A DNA stretch of 64,000 nucleotides from Nitrosopumilaceae archaeon (GCA_965207375.1 OZ242274.1:2048001-2112000); one strand, 5' to 3'; positions 20,339 to 31,354 are shown, numbered from the stretch's first letter. Program-made: numbers and translations. The notes: generated by a model from the sequence alone, not told the origin.

Positions 20339-20647
20339 TTAGACACCCAAAATCTTTTTGAGCATGACTCTATAATCTACCTCTGTTTTTTCACTACCTG
20401 CTGCAGGCAGTGCAAATACAAGTGTAGATTTTTCAGCCCTCAAGGCGGTCAGCTCGTCTGTGATCGGCCCTGCAATATCATCACTAACTAAAACTAGTCC
20501 AACATCTGCATCATCGGTTAACTCTCGTATTTTAGCAAGTGCCTGATCTGAGCTAGTCGATATCACGCCTGCTACACCTGCAAGCTGAAAACTAGTGACA
20601 AATGATTTGCTGCCCACGGTGTATATCTTCACAGCTGTACTTTTCAA
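20339..20647 (-). CDS. atpF: A/V-type ATP synthase subunit F
   Basis: KIYTVGS..VTSFQLAGV..DVGLVLVSD..LKKILGV. Confidence 0.85.
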   Translation of the reverse strand: MKSTAVKIYTVGSKSFVTSFQLAGVAGVISTSSDQALAKIRELTDDADVGLVLVSDDIAGPITDELTALRAEKSTLVFALPAAGSEKTEVDYRVMLKKILGV

Positions 20648-20715
20648 AGTTGTAATTTAACCCTTTTCAGAAATGTTCTAGAAACGTTGATTTAGAATCA
20701 AATCAGACAAGAGTC

Positions 20716-21012
20716 ATGTCAGATATAGACACAAGCAAAACGGCATATCTTTTTACTCATGGACGAAGGGATCTTAGAGAAAAAGCAATCTCTGCATTAG
20801 AGGCCAAAGGATTTTCCAAAGACAAAATTGTCGATGCAGTACCAACTAAGGTGGGTCAAATAGGAGACTATATGGCAATGTTGTGGCAGCCTCCAAATCC
20901 TGATCACATAAAAATTCAGGTCATCACAAAGGTTGACAAAGTTGAGCCCGAAGGCATGACAGGTTTGTGGAAGGGAGTTTCCAAAGACGACCTATTTACA
21001 GTTCAGCTTTAA
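20716..21012 (+). CDS. Hypothetical protein
   Basis: Clean 98-aa ORF. Confidence 0.65.
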   Translation: MSDIDTSKTAYLFTHGRRDLREKAISALEAKGFSKDKIVDAVPTKVGQIGDYMAMLWQPPNPDHIKIQVITKVDKVEPEGMTGLWKGVSKDDLFTVQL

Positions 21013-21257
21013 CTGAACCCCATTCCAAATTTTTTACCATCAGATAGCGGATCTAGGTCTGCATCCTGTAACTTTAGATACATCAAAGATTCAAAAATCA
21101 ACTGGGCAGCAGAATCATCATTTAATCCAAATTCTGATTTGGCATGATTGTGATATTTGCAAAGTTTTGCAGAATCGGTCTCATCAGGAGACAGATTATC
21201 AGATTTCATCAAAGATGCAATGATGTCAATTTGCTTGTTGTATTTGGAATTATTCAA
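21009..21257 (-). CDS. Hypothetical protein
   Basis: 82-aa ORF directly following the 21269 gene. Confidence 0.6.
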   Translation of the reverse strand: MNNSKYNKQIDIIASLMKSDNLSPDETDSAKLCKYHNHAKSEFGLNDDSAAQLIFESLMYLKLQDADLDPLSDGKKFGMGFS

Positions 21258-21268
21258 GTAAATTACCT

Positions 21269-21646
21269 TTACATGTTTGCAATTATTTTTTTGATTTTAG
21301 TTACAATCTGAATTTTTTTATTGATGCCAAGTTCTGGCTCTGCAGTAACAAAGATTGTACGCTTTGGAGTGTACACTACTAGCTGGCTTACATTATCGCG
21401 CTCCACATGAACATATCGTACCTTTCCAAGAGTTTTGTCAAATTCCTTTCTCATTTTTCTGCGTTGGGCAATCTGTTGGCAAAAGTGTTCCTGCTCCTTT
21501 TGGGATTCTAGCGAGGTTTTGCCTTCCTTCATGATTCCCTCAACAATGTTGCCTCTGAGATCTATTATACCAACAAAACGCATCTTAGGACTAAGGCTTA
21601 TAATTTGATCAACTACCTCCTGTAAATTTGCCTGTTTTTTTACCAT
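21269..21646 (-). CDS. Roadblock/DUF6659-like thaumarchaeal protein
   Basis: MRFVGIID..G..EFDKTLGKVRY..R pattern. Confidence 0.7.
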   Translation of the reverse strand: MVKKQANLQEVVDQIISLSPKMRFVGIIDLRGNIVEGIMKEGKTSLESQKEQEHFCQQIAQRRKMRKEFDKTLGKVRYVHVERDNVSQLVVYTPKRTIFVTAEPELGINKKIQIVTKIKKIIANM

Positions 21647-21850
21647 TTATTTTACTAAAACAAGGTCGTTTATTTGGATGTCGGTGTGTGTATCAGTCAT
21701 AGGTACGGTTGTAGATTTTGTCCCTTTTTGGATATAAAATCATCTCAATTTGACACGCAGATATTACCAGACACATGCTGCTCCAAAAATACCAAAAATT
21801 TGAATAGATCATCTGTTTCTATACAAGGCCATAACACAGTTGTACAGGTG

Positions 21851-22402
21851 ATGGCAAATCCTGACTCTGGAAAATTCAAGAGTAAATTGTCTGACGTACA
21901 TAAAGACAATATAGAACATGTGTGCATTAAAACCATCTTGAAGGCCAAGAGTCAAGACAGATTAGAATCAATCAAGGCAGCTCACAAATCAGCAAAATCT
22001 GCATCAAGTTCAAGGATGGAAGATTACCTAGAGGTCATAGCAGAGCTAGTAGAAATGAAAGGGTATGCTACCACGCTTGACATATCAAGATACATGGACG
22101 TCAGTGCACCAAGCGTAACAAAAATGCTGCAACGTCTAGATGATAACGGATATCTAGAATATGAAAAGTATCATGGCATAAATTTAACAGATGCAGGTGC
22201 ACAAATTGCAGACACAATAAGACAAAAGCACGGGATTCTTTTGGATTTTTTTGAGATTTTAGGGGTTGGAAGTGAGACGGCAAACCAAGATGCAGAAGGA
22301 ATCGAACACCATCTAAATCCAAAAACAATCAGACAGTTGCGTAAATTTATTACATTTTTAAAAGCAAACCCAAAAATTTTGGACAGTTTTAAAAATCTTT
22401 AA
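21851..22402 (+). CDS. mntR: DtxR/MntR metal-dependent repressor
   Basis: MEDYLEVI, VSAPSVTKML, DAEGIEHH; start reassigned to ATG 21851. Confidence 0.88.
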   Translation: MANPDSGKFKSKLSDVHKDNIEHVCIKTILKAKSQDRLESIKAAHKSAKSASSSRMEDYLEVIAELVEMKGYATTLDISRYMDVSAPSVTKMLQRLDDNGYLEYEKYHGINLTDAGAQIADTIRQKHGILLDFFEILGVGSETANQDAEGIEHHLNPKTIRQLRKFITFLKANPKILDSFKNL

Positions 22403-24206
22403 CACGTATCTGAATTTCATTTTTTGACGATGCCAAATCCAGTAATTTATGAGCATCAGAGGAGCGCTTTGGAATTTTGATTTGGCCCTTGCGTCCAATG
22501 CGTGAGGATATGACAAACTCGTCATTTACATACAAGTCGGCTTTTTGACCCATATGTTTTCTATCAACGGTAAATACAATAGAGGATTTTGATTCAGAAT
22601 AGTCAAAGGGCAGCTCAAAATTGGAGGCAGGTTTTGATTCATCACGCTTTGTTACATCAATGTGTAAGTTGAGTTTCTTTTCAAGATCAGCTATGTTGGA
22701 GCCACCCCGGCCGATTATGCTTGGAATAACATGTGGTGCGACTTTGATTTGCACGCGGGATTCAGATAAAATCTCAATTTGAGCATCAGCATCATATCTG
22801 GAAATAATGTCGCGAATTTTGTCCTCTGCTAGTTTTTTAATTCCTAAACTAGTCTGTTTGTCAGAGACAGGAATTATTACGTTTTCCTCTCCAAAGGTAT
22901 AGATTTCGTATTCTGGTTTGTCATCTTCAAAATTACTAATTACAATTACGGGTCTTGCCAAATCCTGTTCTGTCATGCCAGAGGGAACCTTGACTTTGAG
23001 TTCCAAATCATATACCTTTGAGATCTTGCCCTTAGATACATAGACTACAGTATCTAAGACACTTGGAATCATGCCCAACTCAATCTTTCCAATAAACCTC
23101 TGAATTGCATCAATTGGTGAATTTGCATGTACTATTCCTACCATTCCGACTCCGGCAAGCCTTAGATCAGAGTATACCTCAAAATCATTGCGTCGCCTGA
23201 CCTCATCAAATATGGTATAATCAGGACGTACTAGCAGCAATATGTCAGCAGAATTTTCAAAGCTTCCATCAAGTTTTGTGTACTGGGTAATACCAGAGTC
23301 TACCTGCAAATCCCGAGGCGATTCAAAGGTTTTAACAATTTTGTTTTGAGCATGATAAAAATTTGCCAAACCCGATGCAAGGGTGGATTTTCCAGAACCG
23401 GGAGCACCAGATATCAAAATCCCTTCAGCACCGTCAGCAAATCGCTTCATTAGTTTTTCAGAAACAGAATAATCATAAAGTGATAGCTTTACAATTGGAT
23501 GTACTATTGTAATTTCAAGGCTTTCTGAAAAGGGAGGCTTTGTAATTGCTATACGAAAGTCACCGTGTTGAATAACCATTGCACCAAGTTTTGAAATTTC
23601 AATACCTGTAGAATCTACAGATTTGACATATTCTTCAATCTCATTTGCAATCTCTTGCAGATAATCACGGGTCAGTATGGCATTATCAATTTGTACAAGT
23701 TCAAAGGAACTAGGAGTTCCACGCTTTGCCATCGGAGGCAGATTTTCCTTCAGATGTACACTCATGGTAGTATCATCAAAAAATTTTAAAAATTTCAAAT
23801 TTTCTGCAGATATTTTTGGATAATAATATTGGATGTCTACATTTTCAGCGCGAGCCGCCATGGATTGTGCACGATCAGAGGTAAACAAAGTTGCGTTGTT
23901 TTGTTTTGCCACATCCTTTATGATGGCATCAATTCTGCCATTTCCTGCCAATCTAATATCGTCAAATGAAGGGTGTTCACCTTCAAAATGGATGGCAATT
24001 TTTGCAGCTGTAGATAATTTTTGCAGTTGAGATATTGCATCTAGGCCCGCAAAGCCCTGTTCCTTTTTTTGTGATGCCTGAGACTGTAATTCATCTAAAA
24101 CTGCAACAGGTATTATGATTTTAGAGTCATCAAGCAGTCCATCATTTATCAATCTTATAATTTCACCATTGACTAAAATGCTAGTATCAAGTACTATTGT
24201 ACGCAT
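22389..24206 (-). CDS. PIN-domain ATPase with KH domain (PINA-like)
   Basis: IVLDTS PIN motif, GAPGSGKST Walker A, DEVR, IIGRGG KH motif. Confidence 0.9.
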   Translation of the reverse strand: MRTIVLDTSILVNGEIIRLINDGLLDDSKIIIPVAVLDELQSQASQKKEQGFAGLDAISQLQKLSTAAKIAIHFEGEHPSFDDIRLAGNGRIDAIIKDVAKQNNATLFTSDRAQSMAARAENVDIQYYYPKISAENLKFLKFFDDTTMSVHLKENLPPMAKRGTPSSFELVQIDNAILTRDYLQEIANEIEEYVKSVDSTGIEISKLGAMVIQHGDFRIAITKPPFSESLEITIVHPIVKLSLYDYSVSEKLMKRFADGAEGILISGAPGSGKSTLASGLANFYHAQNKIVKTFESPRDLQVDSGITQYTKLDGSFENSADILLLVRPDYTIFDEVRRRNDFEVYSDLRLAGVGMVGIVHANSPIDAIQRFIGKIELGMIPSVLDTVVYVSKGKISKVYDLELKVKVPSGMTEQDLARPVIVISNFEDDKPEYEIYTFGEENVIIPVSDKQTSLGIKKLAEDKIRDIISRYDADAQIEILSESRVQIKVAPHVIPSIIGRGGSNIADLEKKLNLHIDVTKRDESKPASNFELPFDYSESKSSIVFTVDRKHMGQKADLYVNDEFVISSRIGRKGQIKIPKRSSDAHKLLDLASSKNEIQIRVKDF

Positions 24207-24532
24207 GAGAATTCAATAATTTAGGCATTATTAATCGTCTGTATTCATGTGGAAAAACACCTAGTCAGATTATAAACGATCATACTTTTCACGTAATATA
24301 GTTAATTTGTGCTCAAGATGATATAATAATTGAAATAGATACAAGGTGAACAAGTTTAGAATGACGAATTTGCGTGCTGTGCTTAGAATTTGACAATATA
24401 GGCAGGAGACATATTTACAACATATGACGATACCAGAAATCTGTGTCAAAACAAGCTAGTGTAACATACCAACCTTGAAAATTAACTTTTATTCACTACA
24501 AGCAAAAAATTCAAACTTGTACCAAACACATC

Positions 24533-24658
24533 ATGAACAACAAGTTTTACAAGAACTGTTCACAGTATTTTGATGCGTTGCGAAAGCAGGGACGTAATGA
24601 CGATGAGTTCGAGGACGAATACTATTACACCATGCCTGGCATATCATCAAATGAGTAA
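24533..24658 (+). CDS. Putative 41-aa small protein
   Basis: MNNKFYKNCSQYFDALRKQGRNDDEFEDEYYYTMPGISSNE*, 26 nt before tldD. Confidence 0.55.
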   Translation: MNNKFYKNCSQYFDALRKQGRNDDEFEDEYYYTMPGISSNE

Positions 24659-24684
24659 AATGTGCAAATGTTTAGTGTAAAGTC

Positions 24685-26100
24685 ATGCTAGAATTAGAAG
24701 AGTTGGCAGAAAAAACCATCAAAATTGCAGACAAACTAGGATGCAAGTATTGTGATGTACGCGCCGAAAATCTGTCGATGCAAGGAATTTCAATAAATAA
24801 TGGAGAAATTCAGTACAAGTCATCATCAGATAATGGCATCGGGATACGTATTTTAAAAAATGGCGCGTGGGCATTTGCAGCAATTTCAAACCCAAAAGAG
24901 GACAAAGTTACAAACGCAATATACTCTAGTGTAAAAAATGCAGAACATGCTTCAAAATCAAAACGAATCAAAATCAGCCTAGCAGAAAATTCAACGGTTA
25001 AAAAAACGATACACTACAAAATAGACAAAAAACCAAATCTTGGCAAAATCATCGAGATAGGATACCAGTGTGATTCTGCAATTAAAGGCGTAAATAAAAT
25101 AAAAAAATCACTTGTCAACATTTTATGTAACAAAACAAATAAAATATTTCTAAACAGTCAAGGATCAAAAATCATACAAAATTACACAGATGTTATAGGA
25201 GAGGCAACTGCTATTGCACACGAATCAGGAATTACACAGTCAATAAACACAACAGAGGGAGGTAGGGGAGGATTAGAGCAAATTACAGACAAAAACAATC
25301 TTGTCCTAAAGTCAAAAGAAATTGCGTTAAAGGCCTCAAAACTAGTTGATGCAAAGCCTGCAAAGGAGGATAAAACAAGTGTGATATTTAATCCAGATTT
25401 TGTAAGCTTGTTGACACATGAAATTTTAGGACACCCATCAGAGGCAGACAGGGTTCTAGGCAAGGAGATGGCGTGGGCCGGAGGCGCATGGTGGGCAGGA
25501 AAAATTGATCAAAGTATAGGCTCAGAGCATCTAAATGTCTTTGATGATCCTACCATAAATCAATCGCTTGGATGGTACGAGTACGACGATGAGGGGGTAA
25601 AATCATCAAAGACAAATCTGGTAGAAAATGGAATTCTTAAAAATCATTTTCAAAGCAGAGAAACTGCTGTAGAATTTGGTACAAAACCAACTGCAAATAT
25701 GCGTGCTGCATCATACAGACACATGCCATTAATCCGAATGGCATGCACATGTATCGATAAGGGTGATTTTACGCCCGAGGAGATGATAAAAGATGTCAAA
25801 TCAGGATATCTAATATCAGATATGAAGGTTCCATCAATAGACATGTACAGATACAACTGGAACATATCGTGTCAATATGCAAATAAAATTGAAAACGGTA
25901 TAGTCACAGATTTGGTACGAGATGTAATTGTGACAGGAACGGCGCCAGAATTTTTCAAATCAATAGATGCGTGTGGATGCGACTTTACAGTAAGACCGAT
26001 AACAAACTGCGGCAAGGGAGATCCCATGCAGCCTATGATGATGGGAAACGGAGGACCTAGCATAAGAGGAATTGCAACTGTAAAAAGTGTGGAAATATGA
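24685..26100 (+). CDS. tldD: TldD-family metalloprotease
   Basis: GIGIR, HEILGHPSEAD, YDDEG, CGKG motifs. Confidence 0.92.
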   Translation: MLELEELAEKTIKIADKLGCKYCDVRAENLSMQGISINNGEIQYKSSSDNGIGIRILKNGAWAFAAISNPKEDKVTNAIYSSVKNAEHASKSKRIKISLAENSTVKKTIHYKIDKKPNLGKIIEIGYQCDSAIKGVNKIKKSLVNILCNKTNKIFLNSQGSKIIQNYTDVIGEATAIAHESGITQSINTTEGGRGGLEQITDKNNLVLKSKEIALKASKLVDAKPAKEDKTSVIFNPDFVSLLTHEILGHPSEADRVLGKEMAWAGGAWWAGKIDQSIGSEHLNVFDDPTINQSLGWYEYDDEGVKSSKTNLVENGILKNHFQSRETAVEFGTKPTANMRAASYRHMPLIRMACTCIDKGDFTPEEMIKDVKSGYLISDMKVPSIDMYRYNWNISCQYANKIENGIVTDLVRDVIVTGTAPEFFKSIDACGCDFTVRPITNCGKGDPMQPMMMGNGGPSIRGIATVKSVEI

Positions 26101-26684
26101 ATTTAGATGAAATTAAAAATAAAGTAGTTAGTTGTACGGACTGTCAATTGTGCAAGACGAGAACAAATTCAGTTCCAGGCGATGGCAGTAAAACGGCAGA
26201 TATTATTTTTGTAGGAGAGGCACCCGGACAAAATGAGGACAAGACAGGCAAGCCGTTTGTAGGAGCTGCCGGAAAAAAACTGTCAGCAGCCTTAGAAGAG
26301 GCAGGAATTTCACGAGATGATGTATACATAACAAATGTTGTAAAGTGTAGACCCCCAAATAACAGGGTTCCTACTCAAAAAGAAAGAGAGGCATGCAAAA
26401 ATTATTTAAAACACGAGATAGATGCCATAAAACCGCAGATAATTTGTGTGATGGGAAATACCGCATTTCATTCGCTGTTAGATGGTGCAAACATTATGAA
26501 ATTTCGTGGAAAGGTGTTTCAAAAAAGCGACATATTATATTTTATCAGCCTGCATCCGGCAGCGACAATATACAATCAGGCATTGGCAGGAACGCTAAAA
26601 GAGGATATGAAAAAACTAGTTAAAATAACAAATCAATTAAAAAATGGGGAATTTATCAAAATAGACCATGAATGTGCTACCTAG
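26097..26684 (+). CDS. udg: Uracil-DNA glycosylase family 4
   Basis: CxxC, GEAPG, PFVG, NVVKCRPP, HPAA. Confidence 0.95.
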   Translation: MNLDEIKNKVVSCTDCQLCKTRTNSVPGDGSKTADIIFVGEAPGQNEDKTGKPFVGAAGKKLSAALEEAGISRDDVYITNVVKCRPPNNRVPTQKEREACKNYLKHEIDAIKPQIICVMGNTAFHSLLDGANIMKFRGKVFQKSDILYFISLHPAATIYNQALAGTLKEDMKKLVKITNQLKNGEFIKIDHECAT

Positions 26685-27222
26685 AAAATTTTATGCTCAA
26701 GATACAGTTACAGTAGCTAAAAAGTTGCTTGGAAAACAAATGGTACGAAGGATCAAAAACACAACAATTTCAGGCATAATTACAGAGACTGAAGCATACA
26801 AACATTTAGAGGATCCTGCCAGTCACGCCCACAACGGCATCACCGAACGAAACAGGGCAATGTTTGGAGAGGTTGGAAGAGCATATGTCTATTTTACATA
26901 TGGAATACATTACTGTGTAAATGTTGTAGCAAGAGGCAAAAAAAGTCAGGCAGGAGCAGTTCTTATTCGTGCAGTAAAACCACACATTGGAATAGACTGT
27001 ATGATAAAAAACCGAAATAAACAGCATAATTTAACAGACGGTCCTGCAAAACTAACGCAGGCAATGAGAATTGACAAAAAACAGTACGGTGTAGATTTGA
27101 CAATAAAGTCAGAGTTGTTTATTGCAGAAGGATTAAACAGAAAAAACAAAATTAAATCATCACCAAGGATTGGCATAAGCAAGGCAGTAGACAAAAAATG
27201 GAATTTTAAATTAGAAATTTAA
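26668..27222 (+). CDS. mpg: 3-methyladenine DNA glycosylase (MPG/AAG)
   Basis: ETEAY..DPASH, YVYFTYG, GPAKL, PRIGI. Confidence 0.95.
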   Translation: MNVLPRKFYAQDTVTVAKKLLGKQMVRRIKNTTISGIITETEAYKHLEDPASHAHNGITERNRAMFGEVGRAYVYFTYGIHYCVNVVARGKKSQAGAVLIRAVKPHIGIDCMIKNRNKQHNLTDGPAKLTQAMRIDKKQYGVDLTIKSELFIAEGLNRKNKIKSSPRIGISKAVDKKWNFKLEI

Positions 27223-27863
27223 TTTTTATCATCAGACTCTTCTAGTGTCCAAGGTGCGATTCGGCCTAAAATTCTATGCCAGTCAAGCCGTAAAAGCAGT
27301 ATTACAGTCATAGTCATTATTGCACCAAATGCAACAATTCCAATGTATACTGTACTTGGATCCTCTATATCCTCCAAGAACGGTTCGACCAAAGACAGGC
27401 CCAGAAAATGAGAAACCAAAACGATGACATAGTGTAGTACTATTTTACCTGTAAATGTTGCAATGAAAAATCTTTTTGGATCATACTTTGCAAGACCCAA
27501 TGGAACATAAACTAAATCGTCTGGAATCGGAGTGGCTGCTGCAAAAAATGCAGCACCTGCACCATATCGCTTTACAAGTTTTTGAAATGGCAGCATGCGT
27601 TTTTTAGATTTTTCAGAAATAATTTTGCGTCCACCATAACTCAAAGAGAAAATAATCTGTTTTGCACCAGTTGATAGTGCTGCAGATAAAAATACCAAAA
27701 TATGCAAGTTGAATTGATCACCTACAGACATGGTAGCTAGAAGAATAAAGCTTGGTACCGGCACAAATGGAATCAAAGAGCCCAAAAAACTAACTAGTGC
27801 CAATCCAAAATATCCGACCTCAGGGGCAAATGGAAAAAGATCAGAAAAATCCACATTTTTCAA
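27219..27863 (-). CDS. DedA/VTT-domain membrane protein
   Basis: IPFVPVP, AATPIPDD, multiple TM helices. Confidence 0.8.
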   Translation of the reverse strand: MKNVDFSDLFPFAPEVGYFGLALVSFLGSLIPFVPVPSFILLATMSVGDQFNLHILVFLSAALSTGAKQIIFSLSYGGRKIISEKSKKRMLPFQKLVKRYGAGAAFFAAATPIPDDLVYVPLGLAKYDPKRFFIATFTGKIVLHYVIVLVSHFLGLSLVEPFLEDIEDPSTVYIGIVAFGAIMTMTVILLLRLDWHRILGRIAPWTLEESDDKN

Positions 27864-27929
27864 AATTCATAGTTATTTAATAGCATTCAGGATTAGAAAT
27901 CATTAAAACCCTAGCATAATATACAAAAA

Positions 27930-28307
27930 ATGTTGAATAAAAAGGACTATGAGACAATATGCGACAGGATTGCCAAAATCAGCCCATACATCAGATTTGT
28001 TGGAATTATAAGCCCAAAAGGGGATCTAAAGGCACACAGCAGGAGGCTAGAACTTGATCCGTTGCTCAATGCACATGATGCCAGATACCAGTTTTCACAT
28101 ATTGCAATTAAAACAGGCCTAGAGGGATTTTTTGATCAAAGTCTGGGACCTGTAGAGTTTGTATGGGAGGAGCGTAAAAAGGTTCAAACCATATCATTTG
28201 CAATAGGCAAAATCAGAGTATGGATATCAATTGACAAAAAGGTTATTCGCTCAGAGGTAATTAGAATTATAGATGCATGTCTGCCCATAGTCAAAAAGCA
28301 TTCATAA
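27930..28307 (+). CDS. Roadblock/DUF6659-like protein
   Basis: IRFVGII..FDQSLGPV..RKKV; paralogous pattern to 21269 and 61011. Confidence 0.65.
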   Translation: MLNKKDYETICDRIAKISPYIRFVGIISPKGDLKAHSRRLELDPLLNAHDARYQFSHIAIKTGLEGFFDQSLGPVEFVWEERKKVQTISFAIGKIRVWISIDKKVIRSEVIRIIDACLPIVKKHS

Positions 28308-28542
28308 ACGCACAGATTCGATGCACAGTAAACACAAAAAGAAAACACAGATGTCTGTGCTCTCAAATTTCAAAATCAGGATTGTCGAATATGCCGTCGT
28401 ATTCAAAGTTGTGTGAGCATCCAAGAAGAAATACTGACAATATATGTGAGTTTAATCTCTATTGATCTTTTTGCATTTTGGGTTGAACTTTCTATTTTGC
28501 CCATAGTTTGCTGAAGATGGTATCATCAAACCACAATCAAGA

Positions 28543-29475
28543 TTACTTTTCATACAGCCAGCATCGCACATAGCCTGATTCGGTTTTGAAATTTGGCGGG
28601 TCTGACTTGCACTTGTCCATTGCATATGGACAGCGGTCAATAAATCGGCATTGCGTACCAGGATTAACTAGTCCGGGTGGGGTTCCAGGAATGTATGTAG
28701 GTTTTTTACCCCTCAGTGTAGGAATTGATTCAAGCAGTCCCCGAGTGTACGGATGCTTTGGATTTTTGTAAATTTGGTCGGCACTTGCAAACTCGACTAT
28801 TTGACCCGCATACATTATGCCAATTTTATCGGCAATTTCAGACAAGACTGCTAAATCATGGGTAATTATCATAAACGACATTCCCTTCTTTTTAAGAGAT
28901 TTTAGCAAGTTGACAATTTGTGCCTGAATCAAAACATCAAGTGCCGTAGTGGGCTCATCAGCAATCACAAGTTTTGGATTTAACAGTAATGCCATTGCAA
29001 TTACTACACGCTGTTTCATGCCTCCTGATAGCTCATGCGGGAATTTCTTCATAATGGAGCCATCAAGATTAACAGATTTTAACGAACTCAAAATAGTATC
29101 ATCAAAGTCACCATCAAAATTATGCTGTTTTAAAATTTCAACGAATTGCTGCCGTATAGTAAAAACAGGATCCAAGGAATTCATCGCACCCTGAAATATC
29201 ATAGAGATTTTTTTCCAGCGATATGACTTGTTAAAGTCTGACTCTGAAACATCAAGGATTGGGGTATTATCAAAGTTGATCGTACCTGAGGTGATTTTTC
29301 CACCCTGCAGCATGCGAATTACGGCCAATCCAAGTGTACTTTTGCCGCATGCGCTCTCACCTGCAATACCAATAGATTCCCCGTCATCTATTGAAAAATT
29401 AATTTCAGACAAGGCATGTACATCTCCCTCAGATGACAAGTAATGGGCATCAAGATCGTTTATTTGAAGAGTCAT
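28543..29475 (-). CDS. Peptide/nickel ABC transporter ATPase (OppD/DppD-like)
   Basis: GESACGKST, LSGGMKQR, DEPTT, HPYT and C-terminal Cys motif. Confidence 0.92.
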   Translation of the reverse strand: MTLQINDLDAHYLSSEGDVHALSEINFSIDDGESIGIAGESACGKSTLGLAVIRMLQGGKITSGTINFDNTPILDVSESDFNKSYRWKKISMIFQGAMNSLDPVFTIRQQFVEILKQHNFDGDFDDTILSSLKSVNLDGSIMKKFPHELSGGMKQRVVIAMALLLNPKLVIADEPTTALDVLIQAQIVNLLKSLKKKGMSFMIITHDLAVLSEIADKIGIMYAGQIVEFASADQIYKNPKHPYTRGLLESIPTLRGKKPTYIPGTPPGLVNPGTQCRFIDRCPYAMDKCKSDPPNFKTESGYVRCWLYEK

Positions 29476-29555
29476 ACAATGGTATCACAAGTACAGGTAA
29501 ATTTTTGTTTTGCATTAAGGATATATTCAACAAATTTGGAAGAAAGAATCGACTC

Positions 29556-30071
29556 ATGATACTTCCAATATGCAGTTTTGATGCAAAAAACACGATACTT
29601 TGCCCAAAATGTGAGTCAAAGGTTGAATCAGGAAGACTGAGCAGGGCAGATATTGATGCCTCGTTCATTTTGGCAAAACTAGCCAAAGAATCGCCTCAAA
29701 TTGAGAGCTTTTCTCTAAACAAATGCAAAAAAATAGATGACAACTATATCATACATCTTGATAAAAATGATATTTTGGCAATAAGACAGAGCAAGACACT
29801 GTATGGATTAATTCAGGACCAGTTCAAAGCAAAGATATGGCTAGTAGAATCAAAAGAAAGTGATAAAAGATTTATTGAGGATCTGTTTTTTCCAATAAAA
29901 ATACTCTCCATAAATTCAGTTTGGGTACCTGATGGAGTTCAAAAAACCAAGGTAATAGTTTTAGGCAGATGGACGCAGAGATTTCCAATTGATTTAGATA
30001 AAGTAAAACAGATAGTAAAGAACATGAGGGATTTAGATATTGATATCGAGTTTGAGGATGTACAAAAATGA
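29556..30071 (+). CDS. NusA-like KH protein with an N-terminal Zn finger
   Basis: LPICSFDAK..LCPKC; start reassigned to ATG 29556; overlaps the aspS start. Confidence 0.7.
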   Translation: MILPICSFDAKNTILCPKCESKVESGRLSRADIDASFILAKLAKESPQIESFSLNKCKKIDDNYIIHLDKNDILAIRQSKTLYGLIQDQFKAKIWLVESKESDKRFIEDLFFPIKILSINSVWVPDGVQKTKVIVLGRWTQRFPIDLDKVKQIVKNMRDLDIDIEFEDVQK

Positions 30072-31354
30072 CGTTTAGTAAAACACACGACCTCGAGGAT
30101 CTAAATTCAGAGTTGATAGGAGAGGAGGTGACAGTTTGCGGATGGATAGAAGACCTTCGAAAGCTAGGAAAAATGACGTTTCTTACAATCAGGGACATAA
30201 CAGGAATTACACAGATCATTCTCAAAGGAGACCTGAATCAAAAGATTGAGGGAATTACAAGACAAAGTGTAGTTCAAATTGTAGGAGATGTTTCAGAAAC
30301 CAAAGCGCGCGATTTTGACTATGAAATAAAAGCAAACAAAGTCAAAGTGCTTGCAATGGCAGTACATCCGCTGCCAATAGACCCAATAGGCAGATTGGAA
30401 AGCAACATAGACAACAGACTCAATTCTAGGGCGCTAGATATGAGAAACAGAAAAACTGCATCAATTTTCAAATTGAGACATCATGTGTTGCAGTCATTTA
30501 GAAGGACATTGGTTGAAAAAAAGTTCATAGAGATTAACACGCCAAAAATCATAGGCAGTGCAAGTGAGGGTGGGGCAAACCTGTTTTCGCTAGAGTATTT
30601 TGGAAAAACTGCATACATGGCACAAAGCCCTCAGCTATACAAAGAACAGATGACTGTAGGACTAGAGCGAGTATTTGAGATAGCATCATTTTACAGAGCA
30701 GAAAATTCCCATACCGGAAGACACCTGACCGAATTTACCAGTGTGGACATAGAGGCTGCATTTATGGATTATACAGATGTGATGGATGTGTTAGAATCAC
30801 TCATAGTTGATGTGTACAAGCAGGTATCAGAAAATTGCAAGGCAGAGCAGGAGGCAATAGGACACAAAATCGAGGTTCCAGATACTCCGTTTGAAAAAAT
30901 AACATATTCACAGTTAATTGACGAATTAAATTCGATGGATCAAAAGTTAGAATTTGGGGACGATCTTTTAGATTCACACCTGCGAATGATAGGAGAAAAG
31001 CATCGAGGATTTTTCTTTCTAACAGACTGGCCGTTAAAACTCAAGCCGTTTTACATTAGGGAAAAAGACGACGATCCGACACTGTCAAGATCGTTTGATT
31101 TGCAGTTTGGATACCTAGAACTATCATCAGGTGGAACTAGGCTGCACAATCCAGATATTTTAAAATCCAGATTAAAAGAGCAAGGGCTGGACCCTGCCCA
31201 GTTTGCAGACCATCTCAAGGCATTTGATTGGGGAATGCCTCCACATTCAGGATGGGGATTAGGTTTGGACAGAGTAATGGCAACATTGATTGGAATAGAC
31301 AATGTAAGAGAGGTTGTATTGTATCCCAGAGATCCAGATAGGCTGTCACCCTAG
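30068..31354 (+). CDS. aspS: Aspartyl-tRNA synthetase (archaeal, probably non-discriminating)
   Basis: OB fold, SEGGA, QSPQLYK, YRAE, PPHSGWGLGLDR, YPRD. Confidence 0.97.
   Translation: MTFSKTHDLEDLNSELIGEEVTVCGWIEDLRKLGKMTFLTIRDITGITQIILKGDLNQKIEGITRQSVVQIVGDVSETKARDFDYEIKANKVKVLAMAVHPLPIDPIGRLESNIDNRLNSRALDMRNRKTASIFKLRHHVLQSFRRTLVEKKFIEINTPKIIGSASEGGANLFSLEYFGKTAYMAQSPQLYKEQMTVGLERVFEIASFYRAENSHTGRHLTEFTSVDIEAAFMDYTDVMDVLESLIVDVYKQVSENCKAEQEAIGHKIEVPDTPFEKITYSQLIDELNSMDQKLEFGDDLLDSHLRMIGEKHRGFFFLTDWPLKLKPFYIREKDDDPTLSRSFDLQFGYLELSSGGTRLHNPDILKSRLKEQGLDPAQFADHLKAFDWGMPPHSGWGLGLDRVMATLIGIDNVREVVLYPRDPDRLSP

Noticed and set aside
20339-20647. Isolated ATP synthase subunit F as an anomaly
   Set aside because: To my knowledge a detached atpF is usual in Thaumarchaeota.
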